A stretch of 64,000 nt of DNA, from IMG/VR virus record IMGVR_UViG_3300044630_004883, one strand, 5' to 3'. The notes beneath the pieces were generated by a model. It saw only the letters and a list, made by a program, of their open reading frames with translations. It was not told the DNA's origin and ran no database searches. Source of the DNA: an uncultured virus (IMG/VR IMGVR_UViG_3300044630_004883). Its lineage: Duplodnaviria > Heunggongvirae > Uroviricota > Caudoviricetes. Positions within the stretch are counted from its first letter, which is position 1, and every line of letters begins with the position of its first letter. Made by a program: the position numbers and the translations under genes. Positions 8,330 to 16,867 of the stretch are shown piece by piece.

Positions 8330-10003
8330 TTAGTACGAAATTGTTGTACTATTAGAATAACCGGTATTAATTAAGTAGTAATTTGAACTTCCACCACTTG
8401 TTGGATTATTTATTATAATTGAGGATGTTCCTATATAGGTAGGGCGTAAATCAGTAGTTGATGAATTTATTATATTATATTGTGATTGGGTAAATAATCT
8501 AACATTTGGTAAAGAATTTTCCCATATAGATTTCATCCCAACTTTTTTCATATGAATATAATAAACATCAGATACAGTTACTTCACCATCATTATTTACA
8601 TCGTACTTATAATAATCTAATCCATTAAATGAATTACTAATAACTTTGTACATTATAGAATTAATATCACTGGTACTTAGTTGTGTTGTAGGTGTTGGAA
8701 TATCATATTGAATATACCATTCGGTTGCTGGATTGGTTGATTGAGAAAATGAATAATATCCAGAAGAGTTAGTATAAACTGTTTGATGTAAAACCCATGG
8801 AGTAAAATCGTTAATATAATCAAATTCTATAACATAAGGTAAAGATGTATTTCCTAAATCATTCCATTTACCACCTGTAACAAATTGTGTATAATCTTCA
8901 CTGGGTGAGTTATTAGGTTCTCCGGAATTCCAATTTGTGTATTGATTTAATTTATATCGATATGCATATAAGTTATATGTTCTATCAATTTCATCGGCTG
9001 TTATAGCTCTATTGAATATTTGATAATCACCTAATCTAAAATTACCATAAGCTCCAGAACCCATATTAGTAACATCACTTAATCCAAATGCGAAATATTG
9101 TCCGTTTCCCGAATACACATACGGAACATCTCTAGTAAAATTAGTACTTCCAAAATTTACATTATTTAAATATCCTTTCATTGATGCCCCATCATAAGTA
9201 ATAGAAACCAAATGCCAAGCGTTTAATGTAATAGATGTACTTAATTGAGTAATTCCACTACCATTCCAAAATCCAACTCTAAGGGTATTACTTCCAGTGA
9301 TTTCCATTATTGATTCATGCCAACCTGATGTAGGACTACCAACACCTAATTCCGATGATATAACTCCATTTCCGGTTGGATATATCCAAGCCATTATAGT
9401 TATTTTATTATTCGAAAATTTGGATGCTAAATTATTTGTTATTGCGTATTGATTAGTTCCATTGAATGTTAAATATTTCCCACCAGTACTTGAGTATGAT
9501 GGTGTATTGTATAATGTAGAATTAATACCAGATACAATATCAGTTAGTGTGGTTCCTGATGTATAAGAAGAAACATCATAATCAGCAACCAATCCATCAG
9601 TTACTTTAGTTTCTGTCCAACGAAATCCACCAGCTGCTTCCGAATAAGTATATCCAGAAACTCTATCTTGATAATATCCAATCCAACCAGATGGCCATGT
9701 ATTAAATAAGAAATTGTTCTCAGCTGAATTAGATACGGTAGCTAAGTGACCTCCCATATTTTCACAAGCAACCTTTGCATTAGTCCAAGTCATTGAACCA
9801 GTAGAACGATAGTAAGAGTGTCCGTTATAATTGGTTTGTGATGTAAACCCAGTAAGAGTTGGTGTAGTACGTTTATATAATTTTACAGCAACATTTTGAG
9901 CTGGTAATCCACCCGCATTATACATATAACCCGAATATGTAAATGTTTGAGCAAATACAATATTGGATATTATTAATAATAACAGGGTGAGATATCTTCT
10001 CAT
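8330..10003 (-). CDS. Secreted multidomain lectin: C-type lectin + LamG-like + dockerin-like
   Basis: Signal peptide MRRYLTLLLLIISNIVFA|Q (start 10003). CTL motifs TWTNAKVACENMGGHLATV, WIG, WNSGEPNN, WND. LamG motifs WHLVSITYDG, IFNRAITADEI. Dockerin-like DVNNDGEVTVSD. Confidence 0.8.
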   Translation of the reverse strand: MRRYLTLLLLIISNIVFAQTFTYSGYMYNAGGLPAQNVAVKLYKRTTPTLTGFTSQTNYNGHSYYRSTGSMTWTNAKVACENMGGHLATVSNSAENNFLFNTWPSGWIGYYQDRVSGYTYSEAAGGFRWTETKVTDGLVADYDVSSYTSGTTLTDIVSGINSTLYNTPSYSSTGGKYLTFNGTNQYAITNNLASKFSNNKITIMAWIYPTGNGVISSELGVGSPTSGWHESIMEITGSNTLRVGFWNGSGITQLSTSITLNAWHLVSITYDGASMKGYLNNVNFGSTNFTRDVPYVYSGNGQYFAFGLSDVTNMGSGAYGNFRLGDYQIFNRAITADEIDRTYNLYAYRYKLNQYTNWNSGEPNNSPSEDYTQFVTGGKWNDLGNTSLPYVIEFDYINDFTPWVLHQTVYTNSSGYYSFSQSTNPATEWYIQYDIPTPTTQLSTSDINSIMYKVISNSFNGLDYYKYDVNNDGEVTVSDVYYIHMKKVGMKSIWENSLPNVRLFTQSQYNIINSSTTDLRPTYIGTSSIIINNPTSGGSSNYYLINTGYSNSTTISY

Positions 10004-10004
10004 A

Positions 10005-10454
10005 TTACATTTGGTTAATAGCACTTATTAATGATTTTTTTAATGCAGCTGAAAACGCTGATTTTTCAAATGGAATATTTTCATCTTGCAATTCAATAAA
10101 TGTAGATTTTACATCAGTCTTACTTTCACCAATTCCAGTATATACTTTACCATTAATAATTAAATCAACAGTCACAATAGTAACTTTTCTTTTCTTTTCA
10201 AATGGTCCAATTGAAATACTTGTTGTAGGTGCCTCAATACTCTTAACAACAACCATTACTGATTCACCATCTTCACATATACTATATTTTTCAGATAGAA
10301 TTTCTTCAGTTATTTGTTTAACACCTAATGTAAATCTTTTAGGATTTATATTTTCAATTTTAGCAAGACTCTCTACATTTTTAACAGTGTAGCATTTTTG
10401 TCCATAAGTTAATGATGTGATTAACATCAAAGATAGTAATAATAATTTTTTCAT
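10005..10454 (-). CDS. Secreted protein, short paralogue of the CsgG-like protein
   Basis: Signal peptide ...LTYG|Q (start 10454). KRFTLGVKQITEEIL and TGIGESKT...FEKSAFSAALKKSL align with 12031..12750. Confidence 0.6.
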   Translation of the reverse strand: MKKLLLLSLMLITSLTYGQKCYTVKNVESLAKIENINPKRFTLGVKQITEEILSEKYSICEDGESVMVVVKSIEAPTTSISIGPFEKKRKVTIVTVDLIINGKVYTGIGESKTDVKSTFIELQDENIPFEKSAFSAALKKSLISAINQM

Positions 10455-10455
10455 T

Positions 10456-11673
10456 TTATAAAAGTGCTTTAGCACCAAGTAATACTTGGTAGTTTATAGC
10501 ATCACTCTTAAATTGTTGAACACCACTAAAACTGATGTTCATTTTAAATTTCTGAGTTAGCTTGTAATCAATTGCAACAAATGGAACTGCTAATAGTCCC
10601 GATTGATACCACATGCCTTCATAATAATATACAAATGGTGAATATACTGTAACAAACATCAATGTAGTACTCATTTTTTTTCCTACATCGAAATTACCAA
10701 CAACTCCGCCTAAAGTTGATAAACTTTGGAATTTGGATTCACCAATATTACCAGTAGTATAATTTACTCCCAACGTTGCTGTTATTTTTTTTATTTTATA
10801 CGATTCCATTATCGATGTTGTATTAAAATAATCCTTTTCAAAATTCAACATAGATGAATTTGCAACTATTGATGTTAAGTTTTTACGTCTCCAAGCTGCA
10901 AATAGTGTTATACAAGAATTATCAATTGCAGTAGTATAATTTACCAAAGCCCCTTTAGCAAATGTATTCTCAGTATTTGATGTGATAAAACTCATATTAA
11001 TTTTAAGTTGTTGTGGTTCATTACCAGAAGCACTTGATATAGTAACAATATCACCAGTCATCATAATATTACCACGTTTAACAGCTGCTACTTTAGCTTT
11101 AACCTGAGATGAATTAGATGATGAAGATGATACAGCCTCTTCAGCTTTTTCTTCACCTGTTTTTTCTTCCGATTCTCCTTTTGATTTAGTTGATTGCGAT
11201 GAACTACCAGATGTACCATTTTTATCATCTGATTTATTGCCGTTAGATGCGACTTTTTCATTACTCTGAACTGTACCTTGTATTGCTGAACCAGCTGCTC
11301 CACTTATAGATGAAAGTGATGACATGGTTGACATAACGCTTGTTAACACTGCTATATTATTAGCTGCAACCGTTACATTTAAATTGGTACTTTGTGCTAT
11401 ACCAACACCACCACAAGGGCCGGAACCTTGCGGATTACTCGCATTAACTTGATTAATCCAACTTTCTAATGCACCGGATTGTAATTGTGTTTGAGTAAAA
11501 CTTTGAATTTGCCCAGAATATATTAATGATACGCTACCATTTGGGCTATTAATAAAAATATCTTTGGATTTTAAGGTACATGGGTCTGTAAATGTATATG
11601 AGAACCCTTGTCCTAACACCACCATAGTAGAGAACAAAAAACTTATTGTTATTAAAAGTTTTTTAATTTTCAT
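10456..11673 (-). CDS. Predicted outer-membrane beta-barrel protein with N-terminal extension
   Basis: Signal peptide ...VVLG|Q (start 11673), Ser/Gly/Lys-rich linker, then ~200 aa of alternating hydrophobic strands ending YQVLLGAKALL. Confidence 0.6.
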   Translation of the reverse strand: MKIKKLLITISFLFSTMVVLGQGFSYTFTDPCTLKSKDIFINSPNGSVSLIYSGQIQSFTQTQLQSGALESWINQVNASNPQGSGPCGGVGIAQSTNLNVTVAANNIAVLTSVMSTMSSLSSISGAAGSAIQGTVQSNEKVASNGNKSDDKNGTSGSSSQSTKSKGESEEKTGEEKAEEAVSSSSSNSSQVKAKVAAVKRGNIMMTGDIVTISSASGNEPQQLKINMSFITSNTENTFAKGALVNYTTAIDNSCITLFAAWRRKNLTSIVANSSMLNFEKDYFNTTSIMESYKIKKITATLGVNYTTGNIGESKFQSLSTLGGVVGNFDVGKKMSTTLMFVTVYSPFVYYYEGMWYQSGLLAVPFVAIDYKLTQKFKMNISFSGVQQFKSDAINYQVLLGAKALL

Positions 11674-12025
11674 CTTGCGAATCCAATGTATTAGATAAAG
11701 ATACGCCATCCTCTTCATCTACCTTTTGGATTAACATTTTGTCTCTATCTTCAGAGTTGAACCAATAATCTATAACTTTATTTAAGTTACCAACAAAGGC
11801 ACCTAATAAAATTAATAACATTTCTTTCCAGTCTTGTCCAATTTCTACACCAAAAAATACACCAGAGTTGATTCCAACAATAATTAAGGTAAATAACCCT
11901 AATATAATTGCGGTAATTCTCCAACGATTATTTTGCATTTGTTGCAACATAAAATAGAAACGATTTTTATCATCTACTTTAACATAATCAGATTTACCAC
12001 CGAAAAATTCACTTATTTTGCCCAT
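11663..12025 (-). CDS. Two-TM membrane protein (possible holin-like)
   Basis: Hydrophobic segments ITAIILGLFTLIIVGI and MLLILLGAFVGNL, then VIDYWFNS and an acidic tail. Confidence 0.6.
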   Translation of the reverse strand: MGKISEFFGGKSDYVKVDDKNRFYFMLQQMQNNRWRITAIILGLFTLIIVGINSGVFFGVEIGQDWKEMLLILLGAFVGNLNKVIDYWFNSEDRDKMLIQKVDEEDGVSLSNTLDSQDEN

Positions 12026-12030
12026 TATAT

Positions 12031-12750
12031 TTAACTTTTAAATATTCCCTTTTTAATCATTTTTGAAACAACTCTAGATGCTCCAGTTTCAAGAGCTTTC
12101 TTAGTTGATATACCAATAGTTGATTGGTTAAATTTAATGTCATCAACACCATCTAATAATGATGCAGTTTTAACTGTACTTGCTTCACCCAAACCACTAC
12201 CGGTAATAATTTCACCAGTTTCAGCATCAACGAATCTAACCTGTAAACCCAAACGAGTTGTTTGAGTTGTTTTTGAACCATCAGTCATTTTGATTTGTTC
12301 ATCTTCGGATACTGAAAAGTCATATACCTCAATATAAACGAAGTATTTTGCTAAAATAACATTACCCTTCACTTCTATCTTATTACTTGATATACCCTTA
12401 TCAGATGCCTTATCCTGTGCAATCATTTTTTGTTTAATCTCCTCACGGTCCTCAGTAAACTTAAATCTATCTGTTGACTCTAAGAATTCTAAAACAATAT
12501 TAGCAACACCAAGCCCAACTCTCTTATCCTTTAACTCAGGATACATTTCGTAAAGTTCTTCGTTAATACCAATTTTTAAAACTTGAATTGGTAAAACGAT
12601 ATCACCATCATAGTCACCTACAACTGCAATAGATTGTTTTTTTTCAAAATCAGCTTTATATTCTTCGGTTTTAATAGTTCCAATTGTTTGTGCATTACTA
12701 ACAATAGAAAATAATAAAATTGAAGAAATTATTAATATTAATTTTTTCAT
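12031..12750 (-). CDS. CsgG/HfaB-family (curli secretion channel-like) protein
   Basis: Signal peptide ...SNA|Q. LGVANIVLEFLESTDRFKFTEDR and LGLQVRFVDAETGEII match the CsgG-family pattern. Confidence 0.75.
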   Translation of the reverse strand: MKKLILIISSILLFSIVSNAQTIGTIKTEEYKADFEKKQSIAVVGDYDGDIVLPIQVLKIGINEELYEMYPELKDKRVGLGVANIVLEFLESTDRFKFTEDREEIKQKMIAQDKASDKGISSNKIEVKGNVILAKYFVYIEVYDFSVSEDEQIKMTDGSKTTQTTRLGLQVRFVDAETGEIITGSGLGEASTVKTASLLDGVDDIKFNQSTIGISTKKALETGASRVVSKMIKKGIFKS

Positions 12751-12751
12751 A

Positions 12752-13075
12752 TTACCAAGAATCCTCTTCTTTTGGTTTAGCAGGTGCTGCAGCTGGTGCA
12801 GGTTTTTCTACAATTGTTTTTTCTTTAATAATTGTATTTGTACCACCCGATTGTTTTTGTTGATTAGTGTTATTATTTTGTAGATTGATAATTACAGGTG
12901 CAGCTGGAGCAGCTTGTTCTGTTTTAGTTTCTTCTTTATCATCTCCACCATTAAATAGAGTTGTTGTAACCCAAGTTCCACCTGCTAATACAGCAGTTGA
13001 TAGAGTTCCAATAATTGTTTTCTTTAAACCTGACCAAGTTCCTTCTGATTCGGGTGCGTTTGTTTCTTCTGACAT
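12752..13075 (-). CDS. Single-TM membrane-anchored low-complexity protein
   Basis: TM-like TIIGTLSTAVLAGGTWVTTTLF, then Pro/Ala linkers and an N/Q-rich segment. Confidence 0.65.
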   Translation of the reverse strand: MSEETNAPESEGTWSGLKKTIIGTLSTAVLAGGTWVTTTLFNGGDDKEETKTEQAAPAAPVIINLQNNNTNQQKQSGGTNTIIKEKTIVEKPAPAAAPAKPKEEDSW

Positions 13076-13120
13076 AGTATTGTTTTTTTGTTTAATTTGT
13101 TTTGAGTTGATTATAACAAT

Positions 13121-13146
13121 TATGAGGTCACATTTGTAACCTCATA
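13121..13146 (-). other. Intergenic stem-loop
   Basis: TATGAGGTTACA-AA-TGTGACCTCATA (one G-U pair), right after the scaffold stop, with no long U-tail. Confidence 0.55.
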
Positions 13147-13149
13147 TTA

Positions 13150-15054
13150 TTATCTTAATATAATTTTTTTCGATAGGTTATTGGTAGTTTTTCTAAGAAC
13201 TGCAACATAAACACCTGGAATTAAGTTACCTAAACTAACTTGGTATTGGTAATTACCTTCAGGCATATTATCATTTACTACTACCCTATATTCAATACCA
13301 TTAAGACCATATACTGATAACCTAACCGGTCCAAATTCTTTAACTTCAAATTTTACGTTAACATAATCATCAGTTGGGTTAGGGAATATTTGCATACCCT
13401 CTATTTCATCAATAGTAACATTTGCCATTCTAAATACCTGTATAATACCATTTGTAGGTGTGATACTTAAATCAACACATTGATTGTTACCAGCGTATTT
13501 GTTAGTAGTCCAAAGAGGACTTGTACTCCATTGGTCTTGAGGTCTTTTTGCAATAAATTTTAAAGTTACAACATCATCACCATCTCTTAATGGTTTTATA
13601 TGTGTACCACTAATATCATATCCACCCCAAGAAATTTCATTATTATTAGTATTCAAATATGTTAACCAACTTGAAGTAGCTGATTTCGATTCAATTCCTT
13701 TAAATTCCAATAGAGTATCGTTGTATTTTAATCCAAATTGTAATGAACCAACCTCAGTACCATTTGTTAATACCTTTACAGGTATATTAACTAAATTACC
13801 TTCCTGAACTGATAATGTTGGAACATTTACTTCAATTGAAGTTGTTGGAAAATCATATTCTACCCTAGCATCAATTACATTGTAAATTTGAGATGGAACG
13901 CCAGGTTGTGGTCCTACTAAAACCTCAATTGGAGTAATACGTGCCATACGATATCCCGTTCCATTTGCATCACCCGGTACTAATACATAGAATGTAACCG
14001 AATCAGGTTGTCCAGCAACAATATTAAACGTAAAGTTAGTTACACCAGGAATTGTTGATGTATAATTGGTTGTTGAGCCATTAATAGTAGTATATTCAGA
14101 TTGTGTAAAGAATTTTACATTTTGAACACTATTAGGCCATGCGGTGAATCTACCAGAAATTCTACCAAATATACCATATGCATCCGATATACTTAAACCA
14201 TTATCACCATTAACATCCGATGCGTAAAAATCAAATCCAGTTGGTGCTTGTGTACCTAATACATAATCTTGTACTCTTTGTGCATCTGCCGTAGATATTA
14301 CATTACCAACTGATAACGTATCTCCCTGTATTTTTAATCTAACATCATAACCAGTTGTATCAATTGCAATTGCATTAAATGCAAAGTCACCATTTATATC
14401 AGTCATATCAGTTGTAACCTGAGTCCAAGCTCCACTTGGTCTAAGTTTCTTTTCTAAAGCTACAGTTAAATTCTTAGCAGCTGTTCCAGTTACGTTCTTA
14501 AATTTACCATGATAAGACATTGTTTGAGGTATAATATTACCACCAAAGTTTTGTAATGTAAGTGCGTTATCCATACCATTTTGCTTTGATGCAATTGCTG
14601 GATAAGTTACCGCTCCAAATGACATATCAGCAATAGTTGATAATGATGCAAATCCAGCTACGTGAGTTAATTTCAACTGAACAATTGGTCCATTTGGAAT
14701 TTCAAAAGTAGATGAACTACCAGTATAAGTCATTGTGACAGTTACATAACCAGCAGCCGGATTATCAACATATTTTAGGTTCTGAGAAAATGTTGTATTC
14801 AATGTAGTAAGTGTGTCTACCCCAGTGAAAGCTTGTGTATCATAATAAACTCTAAACTGAAATGCTGTTATATCAGTTGTTGTATTGTTGTAAAAACATA
14901 GTCCTACATTAGTATAACCTTCAGCTACCGTACCAGCTAAATAATTTGAATCAAGTGTTATAAAAACACCAGAAGTTGTTGGCGTTGGGCAAGTTTGTGA
15001 ATACCCAAAGATTGGTACTAATGATACCAGCAGTAAAAATAATAGTTTTTTCAT
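13150..15054 (-). CDS. Secreted cohesin-dockerin-cohesin protein with T9SS type A C-terminal sorting domain
   Basis: Signal peptide ...FGYS|Q. Cohesin-like ITAFQFRVYYD and VNIPVKV...VGSLQFGLKYNDTLLEF. Dockerin-like ISTADA...ASDVNGDNGLSISDA. CTD IFPNPTDDYVNV...YGLNG...LGNLIPGVYVAVL...SKKIILR. Confidence 0.85.
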   Translation of the reverse strand: MKKLLFLLLVSLVPIFGYSQTCPTPTTSGVFITLDSNYLAGTVAEGYTNVGLCFYNNTTTDITAFQFRVYYDTQAFTGVDTLTTLNTTFSQNLKYVDNPAAGYVTVTMTYTGSSSTFEIPNGPIVQLKLTHVAGFASLSTIADMSFGAVTYPAIASKQNGMDNALTLQNFGGNIIPQTMSYHGKFKNVTGTAAKNLTVALEKKLRPSGAWTQVTTDMTDINGDFAFNAIAIDTTGYDVRLKIQGDTLSVGNVISTADAQRVQDYVLGTQAPTGFDFYASDVNGDNGLSISDAYGIFGRISGRFTAWPNSVQNVKFFTQSEYTTINGSTTNYTSTIPGVTNFTFNIVAGQPDSVTFYVLVPGDANGTGYRMARITPIEVLVGPQPGVPSQIYNVIDARVEYDFPTTSIEVNVPTLSVQEGNLVNIPVKVLTNGTEVGSLQFGLKYNDTLLEFKGIESKSATSSWLTYLNTNNNEISWGGYDISGTHIKPLRDGDDVVTLKFIAKRPQDQWSTSPLWTTNKYAGNNQCVDLSITPTNGIIQVFRMANVTIDEIEGMQIFPNPTDDYVNVKFEVKEFGPVRLSVYGLNGIEYRVVVNDNMPEGNYQYQVSLGNLIPGVYVAVLRKTTNNLSKKIILR

Positions 15055-15075
15055 CCGTTTTATATAATGTTTCCT

Positions 15076-15123
15076 ATAAATATGTAGCGATTACAATTTT
15101 ATCTAACTTTTTTAAATATTTAT
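15076..15123. promoter_or_regulatory. Divergent pair of ATATTTAT boxes (putative phage late promoters)
   Basis: ATATTTAT on minus at 15083-15076 before the scaffold gene, and on plus at 15116-15123 before the only plus-strand gene. Confidence 0.55.
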
Positions 15124-15132
15124 TGATAAAAT

Positions 15133-15588
15133 ATGAAACTGATTCTACTTTTAATTAATTTTTTATTTGTGTTTGATTGTTACTCACAAATTAAAATCGA
15201 TGATGTTGGTGATAATTGGAAAGCAAAGGTAGCTACTTCATTATCACTAATAAAACAAGTTGACCCTAATAAATATGAATTAATTAATGATGTATGTAAA
15301 CATATCACCTATTGGGATGGTGATTTTTCAACAACAGAAGATTCAGTTACCATAATGATATCCCAAAAAGATATGAGGTTTAATTCAATAAATAACATAG
15401 CAGCTATATTAGTGCATGAATCTAAACATTTATTTTATTTAAAGCATAACATAAAATTACCTCCGAATTATGAGGAAATATTAGCATATCATTATGAATT
15501 GGAATTCCTATCAAAAATACCTAATGTAGAACCTTGGTTGGTTAACAACGCACTTAAGAATATAGAATATTATGGTTTAGTTAAATAA
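15133..15588 (+). CDS. Secreted HExxH zinc metallopeptidase-like protein
   Basis: Signal peptide ...DCYS|Q, AILVHESKH, downstream EEILAY (possible third ligand). Fills the gap between minus-strand genes. Confidence 0.65.
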   Translation: MKLILLLINFLFVFDCYSQIKIDDVGDNWKAKVATSLSLIKQVDPNKYELINDVCKHITYWDGDFSTTEDSVTIMISQKDMRFNSINNIAAILVHESKHLFYLKHNIKLPPNYEEILAYHYELEFLSKIPNVEPWLVNNALKNIEYYGLVK

Positions 15589-15601
15589 ACCAACCCCCAT
15601 A

Positions 15602-16423
15602 TTACTTTAATAAGTTATAGTATTCTTTGAAGTGTTTGATTCTATCAGCTAATCCAATAGTACCACCATTTACTCTTTTAGTTACCGATGTTACAGTAGC
15701 ATCATCAAAACCTTTATCACAAATAGACCAAAGTTTATTTGAATCAAAGAAAAATGCAGCAGAAGCTAATGGATATTTAGTTGCTACCAAATCAGGATTT
15801 GCAACAGTATCTTCACCAATGAATTTAGCGAAGTTAGTATAGTTAGATTTACCAGTTAATTGAATATAACCACGTCCACGAAATTTAAATCCGTCTTTAG
15901 ATGCTTCATCACCATTACCCATTCTTGATGCGTAAACTTTAGATGCAATCTTTTCAGGGTTTCTAGCATATGCAGCTGCAGTTGTTGAATTAAAGTATTT
16001 TCCGAAGATTTTTACTAATCCATCTGCTGAATAGTTAACATTCTCAGTAACGGCTTTGAATCCACCACTTTCGTGTCCACATTGTGCTAAGAAATGAGCT
16101 AATCTTAGAGGAGTTGTAATATTGAATTTAGAAGCAGTGTCTGGAATTTGAGCAATTACAGAATCAGGAACGTGTCCTTTAAGAGCTGCCAATTTAAATG
16201 AAGATGCTGGTACAGCAACAGAAGGAGTTGGAGTACTTGCACCCAATCCCATCTTTTCCCAAGTAGCATCACCAACGATACCATCAGCAGTTAATCCATT
16301 TTTTGTTTGCCAAGCTTTTACAGCTGATTCAGTACCAGCACCAAAAACTCCATCAGCGGTTAAACCTAATTTTGCTTGTAATTTTTTTACATTTTCGTTA
16401 TTATCACCTTTTTTAACTAACAT
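15602..16423 (-). CDS. Endolysin: peptidoglycan-binding domain + GH19 (chitinase/lysozyme-like) domain
   Basis: ADGVFGAGTESAVKAWQTKNGLTADGIVGDATW (PG_binding_1); FLAQCGHESGGF, FRGRGYIQLTGKSNY, VTKRVNGGTIGLADR (GH19). Confidence 0.92.
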   Translation of the reverse strand: MLVKKGDNNENVKKLQAKLGLTADGVFGAGTESAVKAWQTKNGLTADGIVGDATWEKMGLGASTPTPSVAVPASSFKLAALKGHVPDSVIAQIPDTASKFNITTPLRLAHFLAQCGHESGGFKAVTENVNYSADGLVKIFGKYFNSTTAAAYARNPEKIASKVYASRMGNGDEASKDGFKFRGRGYIQLTGKSNYTNFAKFIGEDTVANPDLVATKYPLASAAFFFDSNKLWSICDKGFDDATVTSVTKRVNGGTIGLADRIKHFKEYYNLLK

Positions 16424-16445
16424 AGTATATTATTTTATTTAATTG

Positions 16446-16841
16446 TTATTTTTTAAAATGACCGGAATCTATAATTTTAAAGTCATTTCCATTTCTATCT
16501 ATCATTTGGTAGTGAGCTTCTATCAACCCAAACCATTCATCTATATGATTTAATACTTGAGTTGCAGTAAAATCTGAACAACTATATAAATCAAATTGGA
16601 ACATTGGTGGATTATCATTATCCCAAACGTGAATACTAGCATGCGATGTTGCTAATGTTACTGTTCCCGTTATTCCTTCGTTGCCCGGTTCGTTAACATA
16701 AACCGATGTAGGACCGGCAACTACTTTCATTCCTACTTTATTAACTAATTCACTAAACCAAACGTTTAGTATTTTTTCCGTTTGAGGTGGAGTTTTAATG
16801 CTTCCCTTTACAAGTAAATGTAAATGATTTGGTATAAACAT
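16446..16841 (-). CDS. speD: S-adenosylmethionine decarboxylase proenzyme-like (pyruvoyl-dependent)
   Basis: HLHLLVKG, GITGTVTLATSHASIHVW and FDLYSC match class 1B AdoMetDC (SHxSIHxW, DxYxC). Confidence 0.75.
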   Translation of the reverse strand: MFIPNHLHLLVKGSIKTPPQTEKILNVWFSELVNKVGMKVVAGPTSVYVNEPGNEGITGTVTLATSHASIHVWDNDNPPMFQFDLYSCSDFTATQVLNHIDEWFGLIEAHYQMIDRNGNDFKIIDSGHFKK

Positions 16842-16867
16842 TTTAGATATTCCTTATTGTTTTTTTG

